DNA of 64,000 nucleotides from Bacteroidota bacterium. Lineage in GTDB: Bacteria; Bacteroidota; Bacteroidia; NS11-12g; UBA955. Below are positions 19,546-29,869 of the stretch, piece after piece (within the stretch, counting starts at the first letter, position 1; the number at the start of each line of letters is the position of its first letter). The stretch covers positions 17,798-81,797 of the forward strand of contig SYIL01000030.1 of the NCBI GenBank assembly GCA_005798825.1, read 5' to 3'. The position numbers were made by a program, and so were the translations under genes. The notes below the pieces were generated by a model. The model was not told where the DNA came from. It made no database searches and worked only from the letters and a program-made list of their open reading frames with translations.

Positions 19546-20954
19546 TACCCTTTCAAGAAATAGGATATCTTATCGGATCGGTAAGTTTTGTGCTGGGTTT
19601 AAAAATGATGGGTCAGCCCGACTCGGCGCGAAAGGGAAATTTGGTAGCTGCATTTGGTATGGGGATGGCGGTTATAGCAGCTTTGCTATTTGATGAAAAG
19701 GGATACCATGTAATTAACAATATTGAATTTATTGTATTGGCCATTTTTTTGGGTACGCTTGTGGGAACAATTATTGCCAAAAGGGTTCAAATGACAGCCA
19801 TGCCTGAAATGGTAAGCTTATTTAATGGTATGGGTGGTTTGAGTGCGGCTTTAATATCCTTGATTGAATGGCGCCATCATGTGTCGATTGATCCTCCCGG
19901 TGGGGCATCGATGGAAATGGCCTTGTATATTCCTGTTATTGCGGGTTTGATTATAGGAACCATTTCTTTTGTGGGTTCGATTGTGGCTTGGGGAAAGTTG
20001 AATGGCAAAATTGGAGATTTTAGATTTCCCTCTCAGCAGGTTATCAACGCCATTGTGTTGGTCGCAATCCTTGTTACCGCCGCCTTAAACTACACAGAAT
20101 TTAATGCTTCACATTCTTCATTTTATTTCTATATAACCATTGCATTGGCTGTCATTTATGGCTTATTGTTTGTTTTCCCCATTGGTGGTGCGGATATGCC
20201 TGTGGTTATTTCATTGTTAAATTCTTTTACGGGTGTTGCTGCGGCGTGTGGGGGGTTTTTATACCACAATAAGGTAATGTTGATGGGTGGTGTTTTGGTG
20301 GGGTCTGCTGGAACTATATTAACCGTAATCATGTGCAAAGCAATGAATCGTTCATTGATGAATGTTTTGATAGGCATGGCTGGTGGTAATGGTGGTGGCA
20401 GTGCTACCAGTGCTTCGGGTGGCAGTGTGCGTGAAGTTCAAGCTTCAGATGTTGCTGTTATGCTCAAATACGCTGGCAAAGTAATCGTGGTTCCAGGATA
20501 TGGATTGGCAGTGGCCCAAGCCCAACATGCGTGCCACGAACTGGAGATTCTCCTCGAATCCGAAGGTGTTGATGTAAAGTATGCCATTCACCCTGTTGCA
20601 GGCCGAATGCCCGGACACATGAATGTTTTGTTGGCAGAAAGCAATGTAGAATATGATAAACTCATCGAAATGGAACACATTAATTCTGAGTTCGCCAGTA
20701 CCGATGTGGTTTTGGTTGTAGGCGCAAACGACGTCGTAAATCCTGCAGCCAAAACTGATCCAAGCAGTCCAATATTCGGCATGCCAATTCTCGAAGTAGA
20801 GCAAGCAAAACAAATTATTGTATTGAAACGGAGCATGAAAGCTGGATATGCAGGCATTGAAAACGAGCTCTTTTTTTTCCCAAAATGTGGAATGCTATTT
20901 GGTGATGCAAAAGCCAGTATTCAGAAACTGTTAAATGAGGTAAAATCACTCTAA
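19542..20954 (+). CDS. pntB: NAD(P) transhydrogenase subunit beta
   Basis: 470 aa. Membrane N-half and a C-terminal dIII NADP(H) domain 'VVPGYGLAVAQAQH'. Confidence 0.9.
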   Translation: MIPFQEIGYLIGSVSFVLGLKMMGQPDSARKGNLVAAFGMGMAVIAALLFDEKGYHVINNIEFIVLAIFLGTLVGTIIAKRVQMTAMPEMVSLFNGMGGLSAALISLIEWRHHVSIDPPGGASMEMALYIPVIAGLIIGTISFVGSIVAWGKLNGKIGDFRFPSQQVINAIVLVAILVTAALNYTEFNASHSSFYFYITIALAVIYGLLFVFPIGGADMPVVISLLNSFTGVAAACGGFLYHNKVMLMGGVLVGSAGTILTVIMCKAMNRSLMNVLIGMAGGNGGGSATSASGGSVREVQASDVAVMLKYAGKVIVVPGYGLAVAQAQHACHELEILLESEGVDVKYAIHPVAGRMPGHMNVLLAESNVEYDKLIEMEHINSEFASTDVVLVVGANDVVNPAAKTDPSSPIFGMPILEVEQAKQIIVLKRSMKAGYAGIENELFFFPKCGMLFGDAKASIQKLLNEVKSL

Positions 20955-20972
20955 ACTATTTTTATACACACT

Positions 20973-23210
20973 GTGCGACAACTAAAAAATTCAGTTTGTT
21001 TTGTTTTGTTTACCTTGTGCAGTGCATTTTTGCTAGAAGCACAGGCATATCATATTCAAGACGTTCGCAATAGGGTATTGAATTTGAATGGGAATCCACG
21101 GGCTCTGAATCTACAGCCCGATGATGCCAATGAGTCAAACGGCTGGAAAAGATTGCTTTGGGACACATTAAACAAGGGCTATAGCCTTACAGATACCCTA
21201 CCATTTGATTTTAAATTGAGTGGGAATACGGAAAAGGTTTTTCGGGCCTCAAAAAATGGGATGATTACTTTTACAAAGGGTACTTTGCCAGGCGTTAATT
21301 ATTCAATCGTTAATGTAGATGATCCTCGCCTCCCCGAAAAGTCTATCATAGTTGGTGGAATACAGGCAAAATCTGACAATGATAGGATATTGGTGAAGGT
21401 GTTTGGGATAGCCCCCAATAGGCAATATTATATCAAATTTCAATCATTTTCTGTTTCTGCAGATACCAACCAGACTTTGGGCATGTATTCGTATACTTCC
21501 ATTGTATTGGAAGAGCAATCAAACCAAATACACATAGTGCAGATGGCCAGTGGCAGCGAGAGTAATACTAGCAACAGCCCCTTGCCAAAAATCATACACT
21601 GTGCAGGCATACACTTGGGGTCATTTGAATATTACTCGTTGGCAGACATTGGGGGTCAATACGATTATGATCAATCCAAGTCCAAGGCTTGTTCGGACAA
21701 TGAATACTGCACATTTGCACCCGGCGATTATTTCCCGATAGATGCTTCCTTAAAATCCCAATCGGTTGCTGCTCCCAATGGATTGTATTACCACAAAGCA
21801 GGTACAGATTTTTATTTTCAGGCCGATTTTACCAGACACGGGAGCCTTCTGAATGCCCATTTATTTGATGTTTATATTCAGGTAAATAACCAATTACCCC
21901 AAAAGGATACTATCCCCAGCGGATTGACGAACACCGATTACCGTAGATCGGCGTTGGCATTTAAGGTAAAACACAATTTTTTGGCCGGAGAAAGATTGAC
22001 AATCAAAGCATGGATTAAACAACGCAGTGGATTGCCTGACGGAGACCCAAGCAATGATACTTTAGAAACGCCACAGGATATTATTGTTCAAAATCAGTCT
22101 ACTGCAGAAATGGCCAACCCTTTGTTTGAATATTACACCGCAACATGGTGTCATGCCTGTCCGCGTGCCCATGAATTGATTGATTCGTTGTTGAAAAAGT
22201 CTGAATACAAAAATGTCATTGCACTTGCACAACACCAAAATGACAACATGGCGAATCAATGGTTACCCAGTGTTCCAGATAGCCTTCCGATAGCTTCAAT
22301 CAACCGAAATTTTGCTTCTAAGGATTCTTTTATCACCCCAAAGAATTTTGATTCCCGAATTAACGCTAGTCTCAAATCTTTTCCCAAACGGGTTGATATT
22401 CAAATTAACAATATCATTTTTAACGAAAAAAGACGCACCATTACTGGCCAGGTCTTGATAACGGCCAAAGAGTATTTGGCCAAAGAACAACTGCGAGTGG
22501 GCGCCATGTTAACAGAAGTCGATGTGCGGGGAATTGGAACCGGTTGGGACCAGTTTGTAGATGTTGCATTAACAAAAGACAGCCAATCTATTTATTTTGG
22601 CAAGAGTAAAGTTCTAACCGGTTACCACCACCATAACGTTTTTTGGACTGCAGATGGGGGTACCTTTGGCCATAAACCTTTCACCCTGCCGTCGGTGATG
22701 GAACCTGGTCAAACAACAACATGGAATTTTTCAGTAACCGTTCCCGATACCATTGTATCCAATACCATTCCCTTGTCTGCCGATTATGGTCCGAAAGGGG
22801 CTGGATATGTTCGTTACAAGCCTGCTGACTTTGGGATTGTGGCTTATGTATCAGATGATGTCATGTTGGGATTGTCCGAAACCAGAAATAGGGGCATTTT
22901 TACCTCAATGGTTTTAAATGCTACGCAGAAAAAAGTTTGGGATGTAAGTGCCAATACTCGGTATATTTCCCAAAAACAAGGATTATATCTTTTTCCCAAT
23001 CCAAGCAAAAACGCTGTTCAAGTTGTTGCCAAAGCGCCTATTCTGCATATCAGGGTCATGGATGCAATGGGAAGGCTTATTTTACATCCGCAGGGTGAAA
23101 ACCTGCATGAAATGAATTTAGATGTATCGACACTTGTCTCCGGTTGGTATATTGTTCAGGCATATACCAATGTGGGTATTTCAAGCAATCGCTTGGTGGT
23201 TCAGCATTAA
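20973..23210 (+). CDS. Large secreted T9SS cargo protein with thioredoxin-like WCxxC motif
   Basis: 745 aa with GTG start and a signal peptide. Internal 'YYTATWCHACP'. The C-terminus 'LYLFPNPSKNAVQV...GWYIVQAYTNVGISSNRLVVQH' is a T9SS CTD. Confidence 0.7.
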   Translation: MRQLKNSVCFVLFTLCSAFLLEAQAYHIQDVRNRVLNLNGNPRALNLQPDDANESNGWKRLLWDTLNKGYSLTDTLPFDFKLSGNTEKVFRASKNGMITFTKGTLPGVNYSIVNVDDPRLPEKSIIVGGIQAKSDNDRILVKVFGIAPNRQYYIKFQSFSVSADTNQTLGMYSYTSIVLEEQSNQIHIVQMASGSESNTSNSPLPKIIHCAGIHLGSFEYYSLADIGGQYDYDQSKSKACSDNEYCTFAPGDYFPIDASLKSQSVAAPNGLYYHKAGTDFYFQADFTRHGSLLNAHLFDVYIQVNNQLPQKDTIPSGLTNTDYRRSALAFKVKHNFLAGERLTIKAWIKQRSGLPDGDPSNDTLETPQDIIVQNQSTAEMANPLFEYYTATWCHACPRAHELIDSLLKKSEYKNVIALAQHQNDNMANQWLPSVPDSLPIASINRNFASKDSFITPKNFDSRINASLKSFPKRVDIQINNIIFNEKRRTITGQVLITAKEYLAKEQLRVGAMLTEVDVRGIGTGWDQFVDVALTKDSQSIYFGKSKVLTGYHHHNVFWTADGGTFGHKPFTLPSVMEPGQTTTWNFSVTVPDTIVSNTIPLSADYGPKGAGYVRYKPADFGIVAYVSDDVMLGLSETRNRGIFTSMVLNATQKKVWDVSANTRYISQKQGLYLFPNPSKNAVQVVAKAPILHIRVMDAMGRLILHPQGENLHEMNLDVSTLVSGWYIVQAYTNVGISSNRLVVQH

Positions 23211-25238
23211 TCAATCACCCGATAAACTGCAAACATCCAATACAATTTCCAGGGCTTCTTTTGTTGTGGAAACCCCGCGATAACAGGTATTTGCCACGCA
23301 AGGTATTATATGGCATAATTCTGTATTCTCTGCGAATTGAACTACTGTCCATGAAGGAAGTTTAGATGCCATTTCACAAATATCATTGGGGGGAATTCCT
23401 TCTCCTTCGATTCGAATGTGTATCCCGCCCAAAGTATGTGCTTGAGCCAATCGAGCCCAATTAAAATACCAACCCGGATTTTCAATCATGTTTTGTTGAA
23501 CTTGTTTTGCCAATACTTTTGCCAAATGCAGGTATTCAATGTTGTTTCTAATGGTTCCCAATTGAAATAAACAATGAGCCAAAATTCCATTGGGAGAAGG
23601 AATTACATCGTCGGTGTAATCACTTTTCCGAATGATTAAAGTTTCTCCATTGATTGGGGTAAAAGCAAGTTGTTGTGTTTCAGAATTATAGAAAAGGACG
23701 ATGGCTTTTGCAATAAGTTGCTCGGCTCGAATCAAACAATACTCACTTTTAACTCGAACATACAGGGCCAAATATCCTTCGCATAAGCAGGCATAATCTT
23801 CTAAGAATCCTCCAATTTTAGTATGTCCTAGGCAATGAATTCTATACAGTTGATCTTCTTTCCAAAAGGTATCCCATATCCAGTGACCCAGTTCTTCGGC
23901 TTTGTTGGTAAAATGTATATCTTCGAGATAAAAGGCCGCATTTGCAAGGGCTTTTAACATCAGTCCGTTCCATGCACAGATCGCCTTATTGTCAAAGATG
24001 GGCCGTATGCGTGCATCTTGGATAGACCGCAATTTTTGTTTGATTTCAGACAATCTGGAATGATAAGTTGAGACATCTAAACCGCTCGACGCCAATACTT
24101 GAAGGGGAGCCATTGCTTGGTGCAAAATGTTGTAACCATGCTCCCAATTTCCTTCTTTTGTGATTCCAAATTGAATCGTAGCCAATGCCAATTCATCTTC
24201 ACTCAGGCAAGTTAACAATGTATCATAAGTAAAGACATAGAATTTTCCTTCAATTCCCTCGCTGTCTGCATCCAATGCCGAACCAAAACCACCCAAAGGC
24301 AATTGAAGTTCCCGCAAGCAAAAATCAATGGTATCTCTTGCAATCGTTTCATAAACTGGCGCTTTTGACCATGCAAATGCTCGTGCGTAGAGCGATATTA
24401 ATTGTGCATTGTCATATAGCATTTTTTCGAAATGCGGGGCAAACCATCGGCTATCGGTGCTATACCGGCAAAATCCCCCGCGGAGTGCATCATAAATTCC
24501 CCCATTACTCATTTTTAATAAACTCAAATGCAAAAAGTCTTTTGCGCTTTCATCACCACTCAAAAGGTGGTGGTCGAGTACAAATTCATAGTGCCCTGGA
24601 AGGGGAAACTTAGGGCATCGATTGCTACCACCTTCAACCCAATCAAATTGACTAGACAGGGTTTGATACATTTCCAAGAGTTGAATGCGGCTGATATTTT
24701 CTGTCGTCTGTGAAACGATACTTGTCGCATTTCGTTTTTCGAGTTGTTCAAATACACGGGTGGCATATTCTTGGGTTGAACTGGGATTTTCAGAGTGCAC
24801 AGCAGCCAGCTGAATGACAATTTCTTGCCACTGGAGTTTTGGGAAATAGGTACCGGCATAAATTGGTCGCCCATCGGGCAGGCAAATTACATTCAATGGC
24901 CATCCACCTCGGCCAGTTATTAATTGGCATGCATCCATATAAACCATATCAATATCTGGACGTTCTTCCCGATCAACCTTAATACTAATGAGGTTTGAGT
25001 TCATGATATTTGCTGTTTCAAGGTCTTCAAAAGATTCGTGTTCCATTACATGACACCAATGACAGGTACTATAACCAATGCTTACCAAAACAAGTAAATT
25101 TTCATCAGTGGCCATTTGCCAAGTTTTGGCTTCCCATTGCTGCCATTCAACGGGATTGTTGGCATGCTGCAACAGATAAGGGCTATTGCTGTGGATCAGA
25201 TTGTTCATTCTGTTGCTGTTTTGTTCCAAATTTTTCAT
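23211..25238 (-). CDS. Thioredoxin domain-containing protein, YyaL/DUF255 family (thioredoxin plus six-hairpin glycosidase-like domain)
   Basis: 675 aa. N-terminal 'NPVEWQQW...IGYSTCHWCHVME' is the DUF255 signature. Confidence 0.8.
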   Translation of the reverse strand: MKNLEQNSNRMNNLIHSNSPYLLQHANNPVEWQQWEAKTWQMATDENLLVLVSIGYSTCHWCHVMEHESFEDLETANIMNSNLISIKVDREERPDIDMVYMDACQLITGRGGWPLNVICLPDGRPIYAGTYFPKLQWQEIVIQLAAVHSENPSSTQEYATRVFEQLEKRNATSIVSQTTENISRIQLLEMYQTLSSQFDWVEGGSNRCPKFPLPGHYEFVLDHHLLSGDESAKDFLHLSLLKMSNGGIYDALRGGFCRYSTDSRWFAPHFEKMLYDNAQLISLYARAFAWSKAPVYETIARDTIDFCLRELQLPLGGFGSALDADSEGIEGKFYVFTYDTLLTCLSEDELALATIQFGITKEGNWEHGYNILHQAMAPLQVLASSGLDVSTYHSRLSEIKQKLRSIQDARIRPIFDNKAICAWNGLMLKALANAAFYLEDIHFTNKAEELGHWIWDTFWKEDQLYRIHCLGHTKIGGFLEDYACLCEGYLALYVRVKSEYCLIRAEQLIAKAIVLFYNSETQQLAFTPINGETLIIRKSDYTDDVIPSPNGILAHCLFQLGTIRNNIEYLHLAKVLAKQVQQNMIENPGWYFNWARLAQAHTLGGIHIRIEGEGIPPNDICEMASKLPSWTVVQFAENTELCHIIPCVANTCYRGVSTTKEALEIVLDVCSLSGD

Positions 25239-25301
25239 TGTGGGAGAAGTTTTCCTTTTTTGGATAATAGCGAAGGGTTATAGGCTTTGTAATTAATCGA
25301 A

Positions 25302-25892
25302 ATGAAAGGGATTCTATGGCTATTTAAGATATTTAATAACACGGGATTTGTACCTTTGTTTGCCATGATAAAAAGCTTGCTCAAATGTCGTAAGTGTTTA
25401 TTGATTCTCCTCATATCGGTGGGGCTAATTCCCTTAAAATCTCAAAATGTTGTTTTGAGCGATAGTATTAATTTGTATTTTGATTCGAAAGAACAGGCCT
25501 TAGATACCCTCATAAGTTGGGTGTTACAACGGTCACCAAAAATGAATTTCGGACATCTTCCCAAGCCATTATTCGAGGAGCAATGGCATAAGCATGACAG
25601 TTTAACGGCCATACAATTGATCGATGGATATTGGCTTACCCATCAATTCAAGTTTAAAAAGTCGGTTTTGAAAATGAAAAAAGAATTAAAAAAAACCAAA
25701 ATAAATTTTAAGCAGGTGCAAATTATGCCTGAACCCCGAACCATTTTGAGTGTTGCTGGTGATGGGATTTCAAAATACGAATACAAAGCCAAATTTAAGA
25801 AGCTTCAGTTTATATTCTCATTTTATCTGTGGTGGATTGATGAAAAAGGTTATTGGGTTAATGAGATTGCCTGGGCAAGCAGACCAAACTAG
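25302..25892 (+). CDS. Hypothetical secreted protein
   Basis: 196 aa. An internal Met at ~25365 gives the signal-peptide-like MIKSLLKCRKCLLILLISVGLIPLKSQ. No known motif. Confidence 0.4.
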   Translation: MKGILWLFKIFNNTGFVPLFAMIKSLLKCRKCLLILLISVGLIPLKSQNVVLSDSINLYFDSKEQALDTLISWVLQRSPKMNFGHLPKPLFEEQWHKHDSLTAIQLIDGYWLTHQFKFKKSVLKMKKELKKTKINFKQVQIMPEPRTILSVAGDGISKYEYKAKFKKLQFIFSFYLWWIDEKGYWVNEIAWASRPN

Positions 25893-26050
25893 CGGGAACA
25901 ATTTTTGGCAAGCAGACCAGAAACGCTGTGGTCATGATTCGATAAGTGCAGGGGTTGTCCGGGCTCTATGTATGATTTTTTTAATTGAACCATACGATTT
26001 AGTTGGGTAGTTGCAGAAACAAGGATTCTGGATTTTGCATCCAAAGATTT

Positions 26051-26100
26051 GCATCCAAAGATTTGCATCCAAAGATTTTAAGAAGGGGAGTTGTAGGTTT
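26051..26100. repeat. Tandem repeat, 14-nt unit (CCAAAGATTTGCAT) x ~3.5
   Basis: gattttgcatCCAAAGATTTGCATCCAAAGATTTGCATCCAAAGATTTta, in a convergent intergenic region. Confidence 0.6.
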
Positions 26101-26157
26101 TACAAAGTTTTAGAATTGAGGCAGCAATCAGCCCCAAGTGGTTGAGTACTGTCCCAG

Positions 26158-26934
26158 TCAATATAAATTCCAGTTTTGGAGTGATACCTGTTTTTCGATC
26201 TTTGTTTCCTGAGAATCGCTAAGCCTCGGGAAAAAATCTAGGCCAGTAATTTTTTCCACCTCATCAATACTGAGGGCAAAGTGCTTGAGTGGGAGCGTGG
26301 AAGACACATTTTCTAGCACAAAACCGATGGCACGCATGGGCGCAGCAGTATCTAGAATTACTTTAAAAAAACGTTTTGGCACAGAGATACTGCATGTTTT
26401 TCCGATGTGGGTATTGAGGTTGTCGGTGAGAATTGGGCCTGTAACCAAAAAAAGAGGATGAGAGCTAGGTGCCCATGAACGGCATTGTTCTTCTAACTTT
26501 TTCCATATACCCCGATTGAATCCGGGCAATTGGGGTGAAATATTACTCATATAAAAAGATTCTAACATGGCTTTTTCTGAGAATTTCATATCTCCTGCAG
26601 GTGCAAGATGTCCGCGGTCGTAACCTGTTTTCGTAAAGTCTGAAGTGAGGGCAGTAGATGGGAATATGGATGGGTCTACTAAGAATTTTCGGCTTCTTTC
26701 AGCACTGCCGTTTATATTGAATAGAGATAATTCGTAGGCTACCCATTTGGATTGCATGTGTTTGTGGCTATACACTAAACTAAAGGCGGTGTGTTGTATA
26801 ACCCTTTCTTTTTCGGCTACTGAGGGCCATGACCAAGGATGTGGGAATTGATTTCTTTGGGCAGAGATAAGAAAAAATCCCAAACAGAAGATAGAGGCTA
26901 TAAAAAACTTCGCGGCGATTGGTTTTTTGTTCAT
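26158..26934 (-). CDS. Secreted DNA/RNA non-specific endonuclease (Serratia nuclease / EndoG family)
   Basis: 258 aa with a signal peptide. 'DRGHLAP' catalytic motif with the downstream Asn (NISPQ) Mg-ligand. Confidence 0.75.
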   Translation of the reverse strand: MNKKPIAAKFFIASIFCLGFFLISAQRNQFPHPWSWPSVAEKERVIQHTAFSLVYSHKHMQSKWVAYELSLFNINGSAERSRKFLVDPSIFPSTALTSDFTKTGYDRGHLAPAGDMKFSEKAMLESFYMSNISPQLPGFNRGIWKKLEEQCRSWAPSSHPLFLVTGPILTDNLNTHIGKTCSISVPKRFFKVILDTAAPMRAIGFVLENVSSTLPLKHFALSIDEVEKITGLDFFPRLSDSQETKIEKQVSLQNWNLY

Positions 26935-27054
26935 TCTGCTTGGTCAGATGTTGGGATTATATGAATTGGCTGATTGGGTTTTTGGGTGGTTCATTTGATT
27001 TGGATGGAACATGGTTTCCAAACACAGGCGCAAGGTTCTTTTGAAATCAATGCT

Positions 27055-28065
27055 CTAAGATAGTATTTTTCGCACGATGAGTGGACCTACATAAATAAAT
27101 CCTGTATACAGTTGAACCAAACTAGCGCCACGTGAAATCTTTTCGTTATAATCTTTTTTGTTGAATACCCCGCCCACACCAATCAAAGGAATAGTTCCAG
27201 CCAATTCTGTAGACAATAATTCCAAAATAGTATTGCTCGACTCGAAAATAGGTCGTCCACTCAGACCACCAGCGCCCATTTTGGCTATTTTTTTGGGATT
27301 TGTTTTTAAATTGGTACGCCCGATAGTGGTATTGGTGGCGATGACGCCGTCTACTTTTGCCTTTTTGATGCTAACTACCAGTGAATGAATTTGCAATGGG
27401 CTCAAATCGGGTGCAATTTTCAATAAAATCGGTTTCCAAACATTTTTTCGGCTTCTTATTTGCTGTAATATTGCAAAAAGTTCTGTGATGAATTTGTCTT
27501 CCTGTAGGTCTCTCAAACCAGGGGTATTGGGGGAAGAAATATTTACAACCAAGTAGTCTACATAATCGTAAATAGCTGAAAAGGCAATGGTATAATCGTT
27601 TTGGGCATTCTCGTTGGGGGTATTCTTATTTTTACCAATATTTCCTCCTACAACCAATCCACTAGGCCTGCGTTTTAATCTTTCTACCAAGGCTTCTACA
27701 CCATCATTGTTAAAACCCATTCTGTTTATAAGAGCATTGTCTTTGGGCAAGCGAAACAATCTGGGTTTTGGATTTCCGGGTTGTGGCTCAGGTGTAACAG
27801 TACCAATTTCAACGTGTCCAAATCCTAAATCTTTTAATAGCGACAGCCATTTGGCATTTTTGTCAAATCCCGCTGCCAATCCCAGGGTGTTGGGAAATTC
27901 AATCCCAGCAAAAACTACAGTCTTTGGCTCGGTTGGGAGGAACCCTTTTTTTATCCAATAACCAAGAAAAGGGATTTTCAGTATAATGTATAAACTTCGC
28001 AATGCAAATACATGAACCAATTCAGGAGGCAACAAAAAAAAGAGGAATTTTAGCAATCTATACAT
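27055..28065 (-). CDS. pyrD: Dihydroorotate dehydrogenase (quinone), class 2
   Basis: 336 aa. N-terminal membrane-association helix, 'GFDKNA', 'EIGTVTPEPQPGNPKPRLFRL' and 'NMGFNNDG' motifs. Confidence 0.85.
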   Translation of the reverse strand: MYRLLKFLFFLLPPELVHVFALRSLYIILKIPFLGYWIKKGFLPTEPKTVVFAGIEFPNTLGLAAGFDKNAKWLSLLKDLGFGHVEIGTVTPEPQPGNPKPRLFRLPKDNALINRMGFNNDGVEALVERLKRRPSGLVVGGNIGKNKNTPNENAQNDYTIAFSAIYDYVDYLVVNISSPNTPGLRDLQEDKFITELFAILQQIRSRKNVWKPILLKIAPDLSPLQIHSLVVSIKKAKVDGVIATNTTIGRTNLKTNPKKIAKMGAGGLSGRPIFESSNTILELLSTELAGTIPLIGVGGVFNKKDYNEKISRGASLVQLYTGFIYVGPLIVRKILS

Positions 28066-28131
28066 ATTTGTTTAGCTTCGGTATAAGTGGCGATGCCTTG
28101 TTGAATTATATTGGACAGAAAGTAATATTGC

Positions 28132-29631
28132 TTAGTGTTTAAAATGGCGTATGCCTGTAAAAACCATTGTTAAATCATTGGCATTGCAGTAATCAATAGA
28201 AGCTTGGTCTTTGATACTTCCACCGGGCTGAATCACAGCTTTTATGCCGGATTTATCGGCAATTTCAACACAATCAGGGAAGGGGAAGAAGGCATCACTT
28301 GCCATTACAGCACCCTCGAGATCAAATCCAAAACGATTGGCTTTTTCAATTGCCTGTTGCAGGGCATCCACCCGAGAGGTTTGTCCAGTTCCACTGGCCA
28401 GTAGTTGGTTGTTTTTTACCAAAACGATGGTATTGCTTTTGGTCTGTTTGACCAATTTTAACGCAAATTCTAAATCGTTAAATTGCGATTCTGTCGGTTG
28501 AAGTTTGGTCACTGAAACCATGTTTGTTTTCAATTCAGTTATGGTATCTCTGTCTTGAATCAAAGTGCCATTGAGAGCGGTGCGAACCATCGGTGTAACA
28601 AATCCAGTATCATCAACCATCTCCAATACAATGCGATGGGTTTTTATTTTTAATAATTCCAATGCAGCAGTCTCGTATTTTGGGGCAATCAGAACCTCAA
28701 AAAAAAGTTCGTTGATTTCTTTTGCCGCAGCCAAATCAATGGGGTGGTTGCAAGCCAGAACGCCGCCAAAAGCACTTACTGGGTCACAGGATAGAGCATC
28801 TGTCCATGCTTCTAGAACTGTATTTCTTGTTGCAACACCGCAGGCATTATTGTGTTTTACGATGACAAATGTACACCCTGTACTTGTCTTAAATTCATTA
28901 AGCAACGCAAGTGTGCTATCGACATCCAGTAAATTATTATAACTTAATTCTTTGCCTTGATGTTTGGTAAAAATGGCTTCCAAGTTTCCAGTGAAATAAC
29001 CTTCTTGGTGGGGATTTTCTCCGTAACGGAGGGTATAGGTTTTTTTTTCACTAAACCAATCAGCAATCAATGTATCGTATTTTGCAGTGATGGCGAAAGC
29101 CTCAGCCGCAAATTGTCTGCGTTGCGCCAAGGTAATTGATCCATCGCCTGAGTTAAATGCATCCAAAAAAGCAGCATATTGATTTTTATGACCGACAATG
29201 GTTGTGTGCAAATGATTCTTTGCCGCTGCGCGAATCAATGATACACCCCCAATATCAATTTTCTCGATAATATCTTGGGCAGTTCCACCCCCATGGATTG
29301 TCTCTGCAAAAGGATATAGGTCAACAAGCAGTAAATCAAATAAAGGGATAGCATACTGGGCAATTTCTTCCCTATCCATTAACAACTCTCTTCGCGCCAG
29401 AATTCCTCCGAATATTTTGGGGTGCAAAGTTTTTACCCTACCCCCTAAAATACTGGGATATCCGGTAATATCTTCAATTGCAATACAGGGAATCCCCATG
29501 TCCTCAATGAATTTACGAGTTCCGCCAGTGGAGTAAATGGCAACATTTTTCTGGTGAAGAGCCAAAACAATTGCTTCGAGCCCATCCTTGTAAAAAACCG
29601 AAATTAGGGCTGATTGAATACTTGAAATCAC
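28132..29631 (-). CDS. purH: Bifunctional AICAR transformylase / IMP cyclohydrolase
   Basis: 499 aa with GTG start. MGS-like N-terminus 'ALISVFYKDGL...GGRVKTLHPKIFGGILARR' and the AICARFT domain. Confidence 0.9.
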   Translation of the reverse strand: MISSIQSALISVFYKDGLEAIVLALHQKNVAIYSTGGTRKFIEDMGIPCIAIEDITGYPSILGGRVKTLHPKIFGGILARRELLMDREEIAQYAIPLFDLLLVDLYPFAETIHGGGTAQDIIEKIDIGGVSLIRAAAKNHLHTTIVGHKNQYAAFLDAFNSGDGSITLAQRRQFAAEAFAITAKYDTLIADWFSEKKTYTLRYGENPHQEGYFTGNLEAIFTKHQGKELSYNNLLDVDSTLALLNEFKTSTGCTFVIVKHNNACGVATRNTVLEAWTDALSCDPVSAFGGVLACNHPIDLAAAKEINELFFEVLIAPKYETAALELLKIKTHRIVLEMVDDTGFVTPMVRTALNGTLIQDRDTITELKTNMVSVTKLQPTESQFNDLEFALKLVKQTKSNTIVLVKNNQLLASGTGQTSRVDALQQAIEKANRFGFDLEGAVMASDAFFPFPDCVEIADKSGIKAVIQPGGSIKDQASIDYCNANDLTMVFTGIRHFKH

Positions 29632-29869
29632 AGGCGAAAATTACAACACAGAATGCGACTCAAAAGGGGAAAGTTGAATAAGTTTGCCATAAGTTTTTCA
29701 CAAAACTATACTCACAAACAAAAGGCGAGACAATGGCAACGATTTTCTAGGGTAAAGCTGAATCAGGTACCATGATTTTGAGTCCCGACCAAACGGTCCC
29801 CAATTTAGATGAACGGCATGAGGGTATTTCGAACAAGGGTCAATCCAATCGTTTCGGAAATTTTAATTG

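Noticed and set aside
26051-26100. CRISPR array
   Set aside because: The repeat unit is 14 nt with no intervening unique spacers and only ~3.5 copies. This is a simple tandem repeat, not CRISPR.
29632-29869. Possible ZTP (pfl) or purine riboswitch in the purH leader
   Set aside because: I read the minus-strand leader for the conserved ZTP elements (GGGUCGUGAC...CCGGG...CCGCCUGGGC) and the purine-riboswitch junction motifs. Neither was present, so no riboswitch is claimed.
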